This document shows, piece after piece, positions 38,201-48,457 of a stretch of DNA of 64,000 nt; position 1 is the first letter of the stretch; each line of letters opens with the position of its first letter. The translations under genes were made by a program, and so were the position numbers. The DNA is from a virus (taxonomy: Duplodnaviria > Caudoviricetes). Below the pieces are notes generated by a model that searched no databases, was not told the origin of the DNA, and saw only the letters and a program-made list of their open reading frames with translations. Location: positions 96,001 through 160,000 of IMG/VR virus record IMGVR_UViG_3300005611_000002, one strand, 5' to 3'.

Positions 38201-40638
38201 AAAATTTCTGCAATCTTAAGTTGGTCACCAGTTACACTCGATGGTACTGAATTTTCTGATTCTTGACCCTTTACGATAGCGGTTCTTCCGTAAGAGTCAA
38301 TAGTGACAATGTCAGTTCTATTCAGATAAAACTCGTAATCGAGTTGACCAAATGTATCGTGAGCTGGTGTTAGGACTGTGTTGTTTGCATCAAACGAAGG
38401 CGCAATACTCACACTCGTGCTTGAAGAACTGACTGTTGGCGCTGTCCCTTCTGAAGCAGCATTAGTATATGTGGCACCAGCGATTGGTTCAACAAGTGGT
38501 CTAAAATCTACACAATCTCGAAGATTATAAGTAGCACCAGAAGGTGATACGAAAGGTTGTATTTTGTTCGTTGCTACTTGTCCAGAACCAGTACCGATTG
38601 GATAACTGTCAATTGTAAAGAAATAATCTCCAGTTGTGTCATTCAATTTGAATGCATTCATCTGAACTGTCATATCACCATCAGAAGGAACAGGGCGACC
38701 TGGGATAAACTCGATGTACGAATGGTCGTAGTAATTATTTTTCTGGTTAGTTCTTAATTTGAAACTTGTTGTGACGTCGTTGTTAGCAGCATCAGTAATC
38801 GAAACTACTTCATAGACATCTGGAAAGCCTAGATTGAATTTCGATGATGAAGTAGAATCAGTATTCGCGAATGTACATTTCACATATAGTTCAACTGATG
38901 TTTTAGTAAATGGAGTTGCGTCTGAAATTCTTTTATTCACGTAAACTGTTGCCGTAGCAGAAGTCGTACCAGCAAGTTCTATTTGAAGATCATTGTTAGC
39001 GCCAGATAATGAAGTACTTAATACATCAATTTTTTGATTGGAAGAGTCGACAAACAAAATGTCATCATTGTTTACATTAAAATCTTCTCCAACCGCAGAA
39101 GAAATGATTACTGTATTTCCTGAAAGACCGGTCAATTCTCTTTTTTCACGAACCGGAAGCGAAATACTATCGGTTGACTTGAGACTAACGGCTCCTGTAT
39201 CAAAAATCATGGAGCCGTTACTTGCTTCATTTAAAACTGAACCACTTGCGACAGAAATAACACCCGACGACCCAATGATTTGCTCTACGCCAGAAATTTC
39301 ATTAGATCCATCTAGACGAATATCGAACAAGAAAATCTTATCATCAGTAATATTTCGAACTCTTGCAGTACCGGTATTAGCAGACGCACCATTTTGAAGT
39401 GTAACTGTCGAAAGAGTATCAATCGGAACAACACCAGTATTTGCAATATCAAGAATGTTCAGATAACCGCCGTAATTGAATGAAACTGCTTGATTTGATC
39501 TTTCATCAACTGACGTATTTGCAATTGGATCAATATCAAGAAGAACTTCAGCAAGATTTTCTACTCGATAACCTTTCACATATGCAATACCACTTCCAAC
39601 GGAAGCTTTCAGAATATCGTCTCTTCGTATGACCTTTGTTTTAAAGTCACGCACAATATAGTCACCAGACTCTTCAAATGTGCGGCGAGCCATTTCTTCA
39701 CCCAGTGCATTATATTGTGATACGTCTCTTAGAAAAACGGCGCTGCCATTTGAATATCTTGTAAGCGTAAAGAATGTAGTATCAGCATCTGCGTCTAAAG
39801 TTGGTAGCGCAGTTAATACTGGAATCAACTTCAAGCGATCTGCGCCTGGAGCGTTTTCATTTGTGGATCCATTTGCGTTATCAAAAAGCGATGGGTCTTG
39901 AAGAGAACTAATCAACCTTTCTTCTACGACGTAACCAATTGAAACTCCATCTGGAACATTAGTATATTTTGAAACAACTACCAACTGTTCTTCAGTGAAA
40001 AGGAAATGTCCTTTTTGAAAGATAATACCAGGGGCAGCACGAAGACCAAACGAATTACCAACTGGGTTTGGAAAATTAGTTACGGAAATAGTAGTTTCAA
40101 GTGTCTCAGTCACATTGGTTGTAGTTCCAATGTCATAAGAACTAATTTTATAAATTTCAAGAGTTTCACCACCCTGAAATACCTTATTTCCGGCAGACGT
40201 TGAAGTGTAGTCGATGTAAAAAGTGTTGAGATCTGGATCTCGCGTTTCAAAGCCCCGTGTCGCTGCGATCACTTGCGCACGAACTCCACTCACAAGGCCT
40301 CTTAGTTCATATACGTTGTTTCTTTCATATATTTGACCGCCATCAGAAACAGTATCTGTAGAACCAACATAAACAGCTGGATCAAAACCGCCTTCATTTG
40401 TAACTTTGACGTACTTGAGATCAGAAAGTTCGGTGAAGGTACAACCCTTGATGATTGAACCCTCTTTGTAAATATTGTCTCCAAACTGTTCAATCTGATT
40501 CTGCAGAACAGTTTGAAGTTGAGTCAATTCTCGAGCTTGAACCGCATACGAAGGCTTGAATAGAACTCTGTAATACTGGTTTTCGAGATCAAAATCATCG
40601 AAATAAGGCGCGGTACTAAGATTCGTATTAATTGGCAT
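35221..40638 (-). CDS. large virion structural protein (VrlC/DUF4815-like baseplate-associated)
   Basis: PYFDDFD...YYRVLFKP..AVQARELTQLQ, APGADR, RFKNG..VDPF, DPLAQTF, EDIKF. Confidence 0.88.
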   Translation of the reverse strand: MPINTNLSTAPYFDDFDLENQYYRVLFKPSYAVQARELTQLQTVLQNQIEQFGDNIYKEGSIIKGCTFTELSDLKYVKVTNEGGFDPAVYVGSTDTVSDGGQIYERNNVYELRGLVSGVRAQVIAATRGFETRDPDLNTFYIDYTSTSAGNKVFQGGETLEIYKISSYDIGTTTNVTETLETTISVTNFPNPVGNSFGLRAAPGIIFQKGHFLFTEEQLVVVSKYTNVPDGVSIGYVVEERLISSLQDPSLFDNANGSTNENAPGADRLKLIPVLTALPTLDADADTTFFTLTRYSNGSAVFLRDVSQYNALGEEMARRTFEESGDYIVRDFKTKVIRRDDILKASVGSGIAYVKGYRVENLAEVLLDIDPIANTSVDERSNQAVSFNYGGYLNILDIANTGVVPIDTLSTVTLQNGASANTGTARVRNITDDKIFLFDIRLDGSNEISGVEQIIGSSGVISVASGSVLNEASNGSMIFDTGAVSLKSTDSISLPVREKRELTGLSGNTVIISSAVGEDFNVNNDDILFVDSSNQKIDVLSTSLSGANNDLQIELAGTTSATATVYVNKRISDATPFTKTSVELYVKCTFANTDSTSSSKFNLGFPDVYEVVSITDAANNDVTTSFKLRTNQKNNYYDHSYIEFIPGRPVPSDGDMTVQMNAFKLNDTTGDYFFTIDSYPIGTGSGQVATNKIQPFVSPSGATYNLRDCVDFRPLVEPIAGATYTNAASEGTAPTVSSSSTSVSIAPSFDANNTVLTPAHDTFGQLDYEFYLNRTDIVTIDSYGRTAIVKGQESENSVPSSVTGDQLKIAEIFVPGVPALTPEEAYAQNRPAYGVKVTTKGTKAYKMRDIEKIDRKVDALKYYVLLTALEIETTNLNILDENGLSRFKNGIIVDPFNDLNIANVESADFNAAIDFAEKSLMPAVKSFPINMKYKSNSSGTIFPSTADARAATLSRDQDVSIINQPYATEFRNCVSNFYSYRGVGSLDPEYDALYDVTTNPVSIDIDLVTPLSQFADAINEVVPLTATSREVLNSRLTGRNRRQDGNQITTTTTFTDTVRETFNTLQVSGEQISETPVGDFVSNINFNPFMAPREVNVYMSGLRPNTRHYFFFDEVDVNQFVAPGDDVDSAAEVHRNGNFGDPITSNENGVITAVFDIPAETFFVGDRKLEIVDVDAYNTIASASTSYGSVTYRAYNFSIERSSLTASTRQPTNFIEQITSERNVTRRITTIEQREERWEEDGGDPLAQTFFIKQGMGRGSDTVFASKIDLYFKRKSSTYGVTVEIREVLNGYPSYQNVPFSRVHLTPSEVSISDDASAVTTITFPAPVRLDVEKEYAVVVIPDAANPDYLIFTSKVGGTDLTPGDNQGRSIVQDWGDGVLFTSTNNRAWQSYQDEDIKFNLYRHNFNVSSGTVTLTNNDHEFITTENNIGRFKTGEVVYTIHPSDSNTSNTVSISPGNNEITGTNLSTTYATDDYILVDDGASNKQLFKVVSANSSVIVADRPASFSANAAGNPVTIGTLRHYDFRYPNFMILEGSSATASRKFEASDTIYGFDSSSVATITSMDNIEFSYIQPMIMRTNDSVTSTSLSGTFVDPNNTTNTYTQLMQFNDKTTFGKTGMTVFSKSNDIARTKTMDLTVSLANASNVTSTPFIDIETSSVLAYQWKITNSSDTTAKYISRTVELAENLDAEDFQIFVTGYRPNGTDIKVYIRPQAANDPEVFDVNNWVELELTQGINTYSSISNIYDFREFVYRVPDSAKTAGVLNYTNDLGSFSGYRRFAIKIELLSENIFKAPRLLDYRGIALT

Positions 40639-40648
40639 TTATTGTTCC

Positions 40649-42280
40649 TTAGAATTCTATAACAATCTTGAATAGTTCTCTTGAGTCTTCGGTTCTTTCC
40701 ACGGAAAAAAAGTCGTTCATGTAGTAAACATCGCCCGTTTTCGGTACGTATATTGGATAGGTGATGATCGGATCCCCACCGCCATCGGTATTTATTTGGA
40801 GAAGATCACCCTGTGGGCTGCGTATTGACAAATCTGGATCTATAGAAAAGTTTGTATTTGCTTGGTCTTGGTATGGGCCGTGAAACTCTGATAGATAAAC
40901 AGTATTTGCAGAAATTTCATGCACACGAGCTTCGAATATAGTTTCATTATCTGTATTTACCTGTAATACTAAATCGTTTACGGAAATGGGTTGAACAGAC
41001 GATAATTCTACACTTATACGATTATCGAAGATATCATTATTAGAAGATGTAAACTCTGGATTTTTGACCAATCCAATTTTTGAATATTGATTACTATCTG
41101 GTATTGTGACATTATCCACTTCAGTGAGTTCGGTGAATAACATACAATGTTTACAGCTCAATTCATCTATTAGATTTGAAGCATGACCACCTCTGGGAGA
41201 TAATATTGGTCTTAACGTTGCTCGAACATCAAGTCTATTTTCATCTGTTGGGCTAAATGCCGTAGGATCTATAACATTAGCAATTGCTCTAGTGTAGCCT
41301 GAACCTTTATTGATTGTGGTAATTCCAACTATAGATCCATCAAATACATCAGCTATTGCTCTTGCGCCAGTACCGTCTCCCGTAATTTCAATTCTTGGTA
41401 AAATCTGAAATTTTGTAGGTTTTTCACTACCGGGCGGTGCAATTATAATACTATCTACAGCTGGATTTCCTAATAGCGTAATAACACCTTGACCTTCAAT
41501 TGCATTAAATGTATATGTATCTATAGTGTATACATTTGAAAACCCCGTCAAAGTATTTGTAGCATAAAAACTCTGACCAGAATAAAAACCAGCTATTTCA
41601 GAAAGTGTATAACCAGAAGATGTATCTATGACAATCGTATCAAATGTCCCGTTTATTTCGTTTACACTTTGAACAGTACCTTCAATTTTTTCATACCCAT
41701 TATTTGTATCTTTATTTGTCACTACTATTTCTTCGACTGTTGATGAAGTAAAATCCGCGTTTGCTACAAGAGTATCTGATGTAATTGGAATATAACCGAT
41801 CGTATTGTACTTGTCAAAATCTGAAACACTGATTTCATACATAAATTTCCAGATATATCCATCTCCCATAGAATATATTTGATCCGTTTGCCCCACATTA
41901 TAATTCGGAGAAAACTGCGAAGGTGAGCCGTAATTATTGAAAAGACACTTGTAAACTTTGTAATTATCAATGTCTTCATCTTGTGGATATACTACAGCAT
42001 AGTATCTTTTATCTGCTAAATCTTCTCGGTCGTCGTATTGATCAAAAACAAGTCCTGACTGCCAAGGATAGTTTTTGATCATGTAAAAGAAGTTTTCTTC
42101 CGAGTCAATTTTTTTTCCGAAAATTGTTTTTTCGAGAAAATCGGTTTGAGAAAATAAAGAATTGACTGCGGTAGTTCTAACCGCAGATGATACATGCAGA
42201 TAATAATCATTATTCTGTAGATCATTCAAAAAGAATCTTACAGAATCAGATCTAAATTTACTAGTAATAATATTAGCCAT
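40649..42280 (-). CDS. gp8: baseplate wedge subunit
   Basis: W..G..FDQYDD, YKVYKCL.N, DGYIWKFMY, P.GGH, E.FKIVIEF. Confidence 0.88.
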   Translation of the reverse strand: MANIITSKFRSDSVRFFLNDLQNNDYYLHVSSAVRTTAVNSLFSQTDFLEKTIFGKKIDSEENFFYMIKNYPWQSGLVFDQYDDREDLADKRYYAVVYPQDEDIDNYKVYKCLFNNYGSPSQFSPNYNVGQTDQIYSMGDGYIWKFMYEISVSDFDKYNTIGYIPITSDTLVANADFTSSTVEEIVVTNKDTNNGYEKIEGTVQSVNEINGTFDTIVIDTSSGYTLSEIAGFYSGQSFYATNTLTGFSNVYTIDTYTFNAIEGQGVITLLGNPAVDSIIIAPPGSEKPTKFQILPRIEITGDGTGARAIADVFDGSIVGITTINKGSGYTRAIANVIDPTAFSPTDENRLDVRATLRPILSPRGGHASNLIDELSCKHCMLFTELTEVDNVTIPDSNQYSKIGLVKNPEFTSSNNDIFDNRISVELSSVQPISVNDLVLQVNTDNETIFEARVHEISANTVYLSEFHGPYQDQANTNFSIDPDLSIRSPQGDLLQINTDGGGDPIITYPIYVPKTGDVYYMNDFFSVERTEDSRELFKIVIEF

Positions 42281-42305
42281 TTCGCCTCTAATCGATTTTA
42301 TTTTC

Positions 42306-42313
42306 TATTTATA
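42306..42313 (-). promoter_or_regulatory. T4 late promoter TATAAATA
   Basis: Exact consensus upstream of gp8. Confidence 0.78.
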
Positions 42314-42340
42314 ACCTAAGTTCATTATGTATTTGCTGTA

Positions 42341-44482
42341 TTAGCCGCCGTCGAGAAACTTAAAAGAAAATCTAATATCTCTCGAACGATCAAGATAATC
42401 TTCAATTCTAAATCTACTAAAGAATTTGGTCCCAGAAACATGCATTACTTCGTTATATAGTTCTAAGTATTCGGATTGGTTGATATTAGATATGATCTGA
42501 TAAGAATACTCTTGGTAGAAGTCGCTGTCTTGAATATACTTTGACGCGTTGAAGTAGTCTAAAGACCCACCATCAAGTACATAACCATTTAGATGAGAAT
42601 CCAGTGTCGACCAGAAACCTCCAGTAATCCCAGTGCCCCTACTTTGTATTGTGCCTCGTGCAGCTATTACGCCATTTGAGTCTATAATATCTACGACGTC
42701 CCCATCAGCATATCCGAAGCCAGAATCCAACACCTCTACTGCTAATATCCTGCCAGTAGCAAATTCTGTTCTTGGAACTATTGTCGCGTTAAAGCCGAAT
42801 TCATTAGATCCATAATTGATCGAAACTGCTAATATATTGTAATCATTACCCTTATAAACTAAAGGATCGTCTGTATTGAAACCATAGTATGAATAAGGTA
42901 ATACTGTAAGATTTTTGCCACTAATCGACAAGACCTTACCTTCAGTATCTCCTTGTGATACAATATCTCCAATTGATATTGCAGCGTTAATTTCATCTAA
43001 TGTTATAGTCTGTGAATATCGATCAAAACCATCCATCACCGGATCGTAAACTACAGCAAATACATCATTTTCATAATCTGCTCCAGGGCTGATATTGATG
43101 AATTCTTTGATTGTACCAATTTCAAACGGAGTCAAGTCGAATGCGTCTTCTATCTTAGTATCTATTGTAACAGGATCTGCGATACCAGACATAGCAATAA
43201 GTGCTGGAGGTACGTCATTGTAGTTATTAGAATTGAGAGCTACATTTGCAAAATTTCCTATTACATCTGTAATCAATGAGACATTCGCGGAATTTTCTAA
43301 TTCATCTAGCTTTACGTGTGCCGTATTACTAGTTTCTGGATAGAGAGGACCTGGAGATGAATCGTTCTTTTCGGTAATGCCACCCGGAAAAATATCTGAC
43401 GCAGGTGCTGTAAAGTTTACATCTCGGTCAAGTGTTGATATATTTGAAGTATTGGAAAACTCACTATTTGCGTCCAATCGGAATCCAACGAAATTGTCAT
43501 CGAACCCAATTACGGTTGCCTGATTTCCGAATTGATCTTCAACTCGCTCAAGTACATTGAAGTCAGAATTTTGTGTATTTCCAAAATATTTGATACTTTG
43601 GTTTGATACAAGCAATTTTGTATTTTCTTTTGTATATCCAAAACCTCCGTCTTCAATGGTATAACTGATTTCACCTGTAAAGTTTTCGTTGACATCAGAC
43701 ACTATCAGTTGACAGCCGATTCCTTGAGACCCGGAAATTGTTGCCAAGTCACCAACTGCATTTCCAGTAGTACCTTTATAGTCTTGATCTATGACAACGC
43801 CATCGACAGATCCATATACTCTTCCGAATGAAACAAGAACACCGTCTATTTTTGTAGTAATGTCATCAAAACCGCGGAATGTTCCTTTCATATTATTCAG
43901 GTACAAAATCGGCGTGATGGTATTATTCAAAACAATCAGATTTATCTTATTTACAATGGCGGTTGCCTTTGAAACTGATCCGCTAATTGTTCTTCCACTT
44001 AGGTCTGCATATGTAAAGAGAGTGTCAAGTTCTGCTGAATAGAACCGACCTGAATTTGAGAATAATTGTAGATACGAACCAACTTTCCATTCTGAAGCAG
44101 ATGGTTTTAGAATGTCTCTTGCTGGAAAATATACATCGACTTCAGTCTGAAAGAAAATTCTAAAGAAGAGTTCTAAACCTTCGGTCGTGCCTCTTCGACG
44201 GTAAAGACTCATAATGTTTTTGACTATAAAGCGAACAGTCTCTTCATTGAACGGAAGATCACTCAGAAATTTATTTTTGAAAAAGAGAAGCATCTTCGAA
44301 AGTGTGGTATCAATGTCACGATACTCAAATAGTCTTCTTGCATTATATGTGGATTGATCTTCTGTAGTTTCTAACCATCGATAGTATTCTTCAACGATAG
44401 CAATTAATTCACGTCCATCTTCACGATAGATAGCTGGAAATTGCTGCTCGATGAAAAATGATATGTTCTTTTCTACTTCCAT
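42341..44482 (-). CDS. gp7: baseplate wedge initiator (gp7-like)
   Basis: QFP, DID.T, Y..RGT..G...FFR, IQDS.FYQEYSY, H.SG.K.F; between gp6 and gp8. Confidence 0.8.
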   Translation of the reverse strand: MEVEKNISFFIEQQFPAIYREDGRELIAIVEEYYRWLETTEDQSTYNARRLFEYRDIDTTLSKMLLFFKNKFLSDLPFNEETVRFIVKNIMSLYRRRGTTEGLELFFRIFFQTEVDVYFPARDILKPSASEWKVGSYLQLFSNSGRFYSAELDTLFTYADLSGRTISGSVSKATAIVNKINLIVLNNTITPILYLNNMKGTFRGFDDITTKIDGVLVSFGRVYGSVDGVVIDQDYKGTTGNAVGDLATISGSQGIGCQLIVSDVNENFTGEISYTIEDGGFGYTKENTKLLVSNQSIKYFGNTQNSDFNVLERVEDQFGNQATVIGFDDNFVGFRLDANSEFSNTSNISTLDRDVNFTAPASDIFPGGITEKNDSSPGPLYPETSNTAHVKLDELENSANVSLITDVIGNFANVALNSNNYNDVPPALIAMSGIADPVTIDTKIEDAFDLTPFEIGTIKEFINISPGADYENDVFAVVYDPVMDGFDRYSQTITLDEINAAISIGDIVSQGDTEGKVLSISGKNLTVLPYSYYGFNTDDPLVYKGNDYNILAVSINYGSNEFGFNATIVPRTEFATGRILAVEVLDSGFGYADGDVVDIIDSNGVIAARGTIQSRGTGITGGFWSTLDSHLNGYVLDGGSLDYFNASKYIQDSDFYQEYSYQIISNINQSEYLELYNEVMHVSGTKFFSRFRIEDYLDRSRDIRFSFKFLDGG

Positions 44483-46287
44483 TATTCGTTCTCGATCATG
44501 TTAATCGTAACATCAGTATCTCGAATTACAAAAACTCTACTCTTTGGAGCAGTAATATCGTCTTTGACTGTATTAGCAAAGATCTTGATTGCTGGTAATG
44601 TGTATCCATCTGTAACAAAGTTTACTAAACGAACTTCTCCGTTTTGATAGTTCACAGTTCCAGTATTCGGATTTAGAACTTGAGTATTTACAGTATCACT
44701 GCTGATGATTTGAATATTTCCGAGACCATCATCCTGAAGTAGTGCGCAGATGTTGTTGTAAGAAAACGCCGAGCTATTAATCGCTGGTTTATATTCAGAG
44801 AAACCGCTTGCCGTTCTAAACGGATATGGCTTTACTAATTCAGCAGCAAAATTGAATCTCGGATTTGTTACGATGTTCAAGTCTGGAGAATATTCGATAA
44901 TCGGTTTAGCAGTAATTCGATTACTTAGGATACCTTCATCAGAACTATCAATCGCAGCCGAAAGTCTTGAAAGTCTAAGTGTGGATCCAAATTCATTAAG
45001 ATTATTACTGTTGAATGTTGCTATAGTTTGTCTTACTATGGATTCAAGTTCTGCAGCTGATTTTCCAGATTGTTTCTTTGAATAGTAAACATTGATATTC
45101 GCATTGAGATACAGGAAAAGCGGATCCACAAAGATCGGTTCAATTGAAAGAGGGCTTTTCTTATCGAGGAAATTCGTGTATTCATTTTTGAGCGTATCTG
45201 AAAGCAGTCGATTACCAAGTAGATTTACAGACACCGCTACTCGACCGAATCTAGGCGGATCCAATTCTTCGCCGCCATAAACTGAAATGGATTGAATGTC
45301 TGGAAAGTTTCTCTTCAAAAGTACTTCATAGTCACCAGATGTAACCGCTCTTTCCTGAATTTGAACAGACTTTGGAGCAAAGAAACGAATACTTTCTACA
45401 CTTTCGCGTTCAGCTCCTCCTGTTGCTATTTCAATCGTAGTGGTGTCAGCAGTTTCTCCGTTTGGAGAAGTAAAGCTCGTAGAGAATCGAGAAATACCAT
45501 TTGCTTCTTCGCCGCTGCATATTCTATAACGAACTTTGATATCCTCGAAGTTCTTTGGTTGTTCTCCGTATACGTCTTTACCGAAGTAAATAGAATATCT
45601 GCCATCAAAGTACGGCGCTAGATAAAAGACCTTACTTGTTGGAGTTTTTCCTAAGATATCATTCGCAAAAAGAAATTGGTTTTCGCCTTCTGTAGCTTCT
45701 TCATCCACAAATACTTCGATAGTCCTAGTATCAATATTTTCATTAGTAAGATTACAACGCAGAGCGCCGTCGTCATCAATGAAGAAGCCATCTTTTTCAA
45801 ATCCGTCAAGTATCTCACCTTCATAGAGTACGACATTATCTGCTATAAATCGACCGTCTACCGATACCTTTCTTGCAGAATACGCCTGATCTGTAATAAA
45901 TGAAAATGTTTCACCACCTCCAGAACCGGAAAACTGCGTAAACTTGGGTATCGTAATCACGGCATCATTTTCGGCAGGATCATCAATCGTGACGCGAACT
46001 ACAGCTCTTGCGGATTGCATTGATCTTGGAATATAGTTCAATTCTTTTGCGTGTGACACTATCGAGTTTCTTAATACAGCAGAGTCAAGAAACATCTCGT
46101 TGATTGCCATATTCGTGTAGTAATTATTCATGAATGTATTGTAAGCTAAAACATCAAGTAGGACACTCATGTTCGAGCCTTCGAAGTCATAATCTTTGAA
46201 TTGCGACTGTTCTCTTCTTAAGAACTCGATGAAATTACTTTTGATCGAACTGAAGTCGATATTATTGACTGGAGTTTTGAGTGCCAT
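44482..46287 (-). CDS. gp6: baseplate wedge subunit
   Basis: DYDFEGS..SVLLDVLAYNT, FLDSA..R, Q.RAVT..DY, GGEE..PP. Confidence 0.95.
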   Translation of the reverse strand: MALKTPVNNIDFSSIKSNFIEFLRREQSQFKDYDFEGSNMSVLLDVLAYNTFMNNYYTNMAINEMFLDSAVLRNSIVSHAKELNYIPRSMQSARAVVRVTIDDPAENDAVITIPKFTQFSGSGGGETFSFITDQAYSARKVSVDGRFIADNVVLYEGEILDGFEKDGFFIDDDGALRCNLTNENIDTRTIEVFVDEEATEGENQFLFANDILGKTPTSKVFYLAPYFDGRYSIYFGKDVYGEQPKNFEDIKVRYRICSGEEANGISRFSTSFTSPNGETADTTTIEIATGGAERESVESIRFFAPKSVQIQERAVTSGDYEVLLKRNFPDIQSISVYGGEELDPPRFGRVAVSVNLLGNRLLSDTLKNEYTNFLDKKSPLSIEPIFVDPLFLYLNANINVYYSKKQSGKSAAELESIVRQTIATFNSNNLNEFGSTLRLSRLSAAIDSSDEGILSNRITAKPIIEYSPDLNIVTNPRFNFAAELVKPYPFRTASGFSEYKPAINSSAFSYNNICALLQDDGLGNIQIISSDTVNTQVLNPNTGTVNYQNGEVRLVNFVTDGYTLPAIKIFANTVKDDITAPKSRVFVIRDTDVTINMIENE

Positions 46288-46704
46288 TTATCTGATTCTT
46301 TCTAAAAGTACGTTGAGTTGTATCGGTTGTGCAATGTTAGTGATATAGAAACGAATAGTCACTTCGACCCTATTGTCATCAATTCTTGACTTGACATTGA
46401 CATCAATGAGTTCTGCTCGCGGTTCATATTCTTGAATTGTAATTCTCACTTGCTCTTCAATCATCTTGAGTGCAGCAGGCGTTACGTTTTCGAATAGCAT
46501 TGCACGAATATTACCACCGACCAATGGTTGCATCAATCTTTCACCCTTGTCAGTCAAGATTAAGTTCTTGATAGATTCCTTTACTGCTTCTTCATCACGA
46601 CGAAGCGCAAGATCATCGTTTTTAGGATTCTGTGTCAGATCCTTATAAAGATCAGCATAGAGACTGATACGTTTTTGTCTTGGCGAAAGTAATTGTACTA
46701 CCAT
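46288..46704 (-). CDS. gp25: baseplate wedge subunit
   Basis: AVKESIKNLILT..GER...P..G, YEPR. Confidence 0.93.
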   Translation of the reverse strand: MVVQLLSPRQKRISLYADLYKDLTQNPKNDDLALRRDEEAVKESIKNLILTDKGERLMQPLVGGNIRAMLFENVTPAALKMIEEQVRITIQEYEPRAELIDVNVKSRIDDNRVEVTIRFYITNIAQPIQLNVLLERIR

Positions 46705-46726
46705 GTTCTTTTACGTCCTGTATCTA

Positions 46727-48448
46727 TTATCCAAACCATATTGCTTTATTACCTACTCCTCTTGCATCCACGTGTATAAAGCCAAGACTGTTATATATTC
46801 CAACACCAAAAAGCTTACATTTATTTTGTGCTATATTTCCAACTAGTCTGGCTTCACTTAAAGAAAAGCCTTTCCACCTTATATCAAAAGCTTTAGCACT
46901 AAGATGTCTAGATCTTTTAGCTACACCCGTTCTGCCTCTTCTTATTATACCCGATCTTCGTAAAAAAGTGTTTAGTTTTTCACTTCTATAGGCCGAATTA
47001 ACAATAAAAACCACATTTTCACCTTTTTCTTCTGAATATAACCTTTGCAATCTTATTAAACCGAGTAAAGCAGCCTGCGCACCGTCTTTATATTTCTGCT
47101 TTGTCCAAGCTTCAGCCGGTGTTTGTACTGGTTTATCTAGAGGTAAACCCAATATTCTTGCAGCTTCTCGATTGGCTGCATCGCCCTGATTCGGCGTTTT
47201 ACCCCAAGAAAATTTATTACTGCCTATTTCAAATCTCGGATCTGCAATAAACGTTTCTATTGATGATAATAATCTTTCTAAATCTCTGTTTTCCTCGATA
47301 GTCCAATCTCCGGCTGGTGTTACAGGTTGTGCTGCCGCCTTATCCTTACCATTATTTATTCTTGCTTTTCGTTCTTCGTCAGAATATCTATTAGCACCGC
47401 CTTCTGAAACGGCACTAGAAGTAGCAACACGACCTGATGATCTCAAAACGTTATACGTAGTTTGATAGTCATCAACAAAATCATCAAGCGGCTTCTTTGG
47501 TAGATTGAGTGCAGTTTCAATCTGTCCTGCGAATCCACAAAATCTGTACACAAGAAACTGAATTTCTTCAAGCGAAGGATCTTTGAAAATACTAGCAGCA
47601 TAGTCAATTAAGTTTTCTACCTTATTTTTAAGTCTTTCGACATTTTCTTCTGAGAAAAAAGATAAAGCCTGAGCTCTCAATTCAATAAATCTTCCGATTA
47701 TGCTATCGTTTACAAAAGTTTCAATCTGTCCTATAATATTTTCAAAAGAAAGATTTTCAATGATACCTTTGACTTTGTTAACTGTATCTTCTACAATTTT
47801 CATTACTTGTTCTTTGATTTTGCTAATCAGATTCTTCATAGTTAATTTCTTGGCAAGATCTTCCAACGAGAAATTATTGATGAAGTCAACTGCATCTTGA
47901 AATACCTGTTGAGCGTCATCTACTAAATCAAAAAAGCTATCAATCGCGCCAAAAACGGAAGGCATCAGAGCGCAAAAAGAACCAATTGCGGACTGCGTAA
48001 AGTTATTTCGATAAAAATCATTCAACTGTGATTGCATAAGCGGAGTATTTGAATTCACGAGACTCACAACAGTATTTGGATTCTGTAAAAACTCGTCCAT
48101 ATAGTTTGCATATTCAATCGGTGTAATTGGTATAGGTCGATTCAATCGGTTCTGTAGATCTGGATAATTTGCTAGATTATTTTGAAAGACTTCACGATTG
48201 ATTAATGTATTGTTTATAGCAATAAGACCAGCATCAAATGCTTCTTGTCCGTATTGGTTGACAAACCTATCTATTACAGTTGCTTGCACGTTTTGCTGAA
48301 TATCTGCTGAAACCAGCCTTGAGTACTCTTCTATTGCAGTAGTTGCAAAACTTGGGCGAAGAGTTCCGTCAGGCGAGATATCATTTAGATTTGTGACTAA
48401 ACTCGCGTTTCTTTCTATTTGATCATTTGGATCTTTACATGTTGCCAT
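46727..48448 (-). CDS. baseplate-associated protein with C-terminal peptidase M15-like (Zn D-Ala-D-Ala peptidase fold) domain
   Basis: Helical N-region; C-terminal NSAYRS..N...S.H....AFDI...G.Y..FIHVD.R. Confidence 0.75.
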   Translation of the reverse strand: MATCKDPNDQIERNASLVTNLNDISPDGTLRPSFATTAIEEYSRLVSADIQQNVQATVIDRFVNQYGQEAFDAGLIAINNTLINREVFQNNLANYPDLQNRLNRPIPITPIEYANYMDEFLQNPNTVVSLVNSNTPLMQSQLNDFYRNNFTQSAIGSFCALMPSVFGAIDSFFDLVDDAQQVFQDAVDFINNFSLEDLAKKLTMKNLISKIKEQVMKIVEDTVNKVKGIIENLSFENIIGQIETFVNDSIIGRFIELRAQALSFFSEENVERLKNKVENLIDYAASIFKDPSLEEIQFLVYRFCGFAGQIETALNLPKKPLDDFVDDYQTTYNVLRSSGRVATSSAVSEGGANRYSDEERKARINNGKDKAAAQPVTPAGDWTIEENRDLERLLSSIETFIADPRFEIGSNKFSWGKTPNQGDAANREAARILGLPLDKPVQTPAEAWTKQKYKDGAQAALLGLIRLQRLYSEEKGENVVFIVNSAYRSEKLNTFLRRSGIIRRGRTGVAKRSRHLSAKAFDIRWKGFSLSEARLVGNIAQNKCKLFGVGIYNSLGFIHVDARGVGNKAIWFG

Positions 48449-48457
48449 TTTATTACC

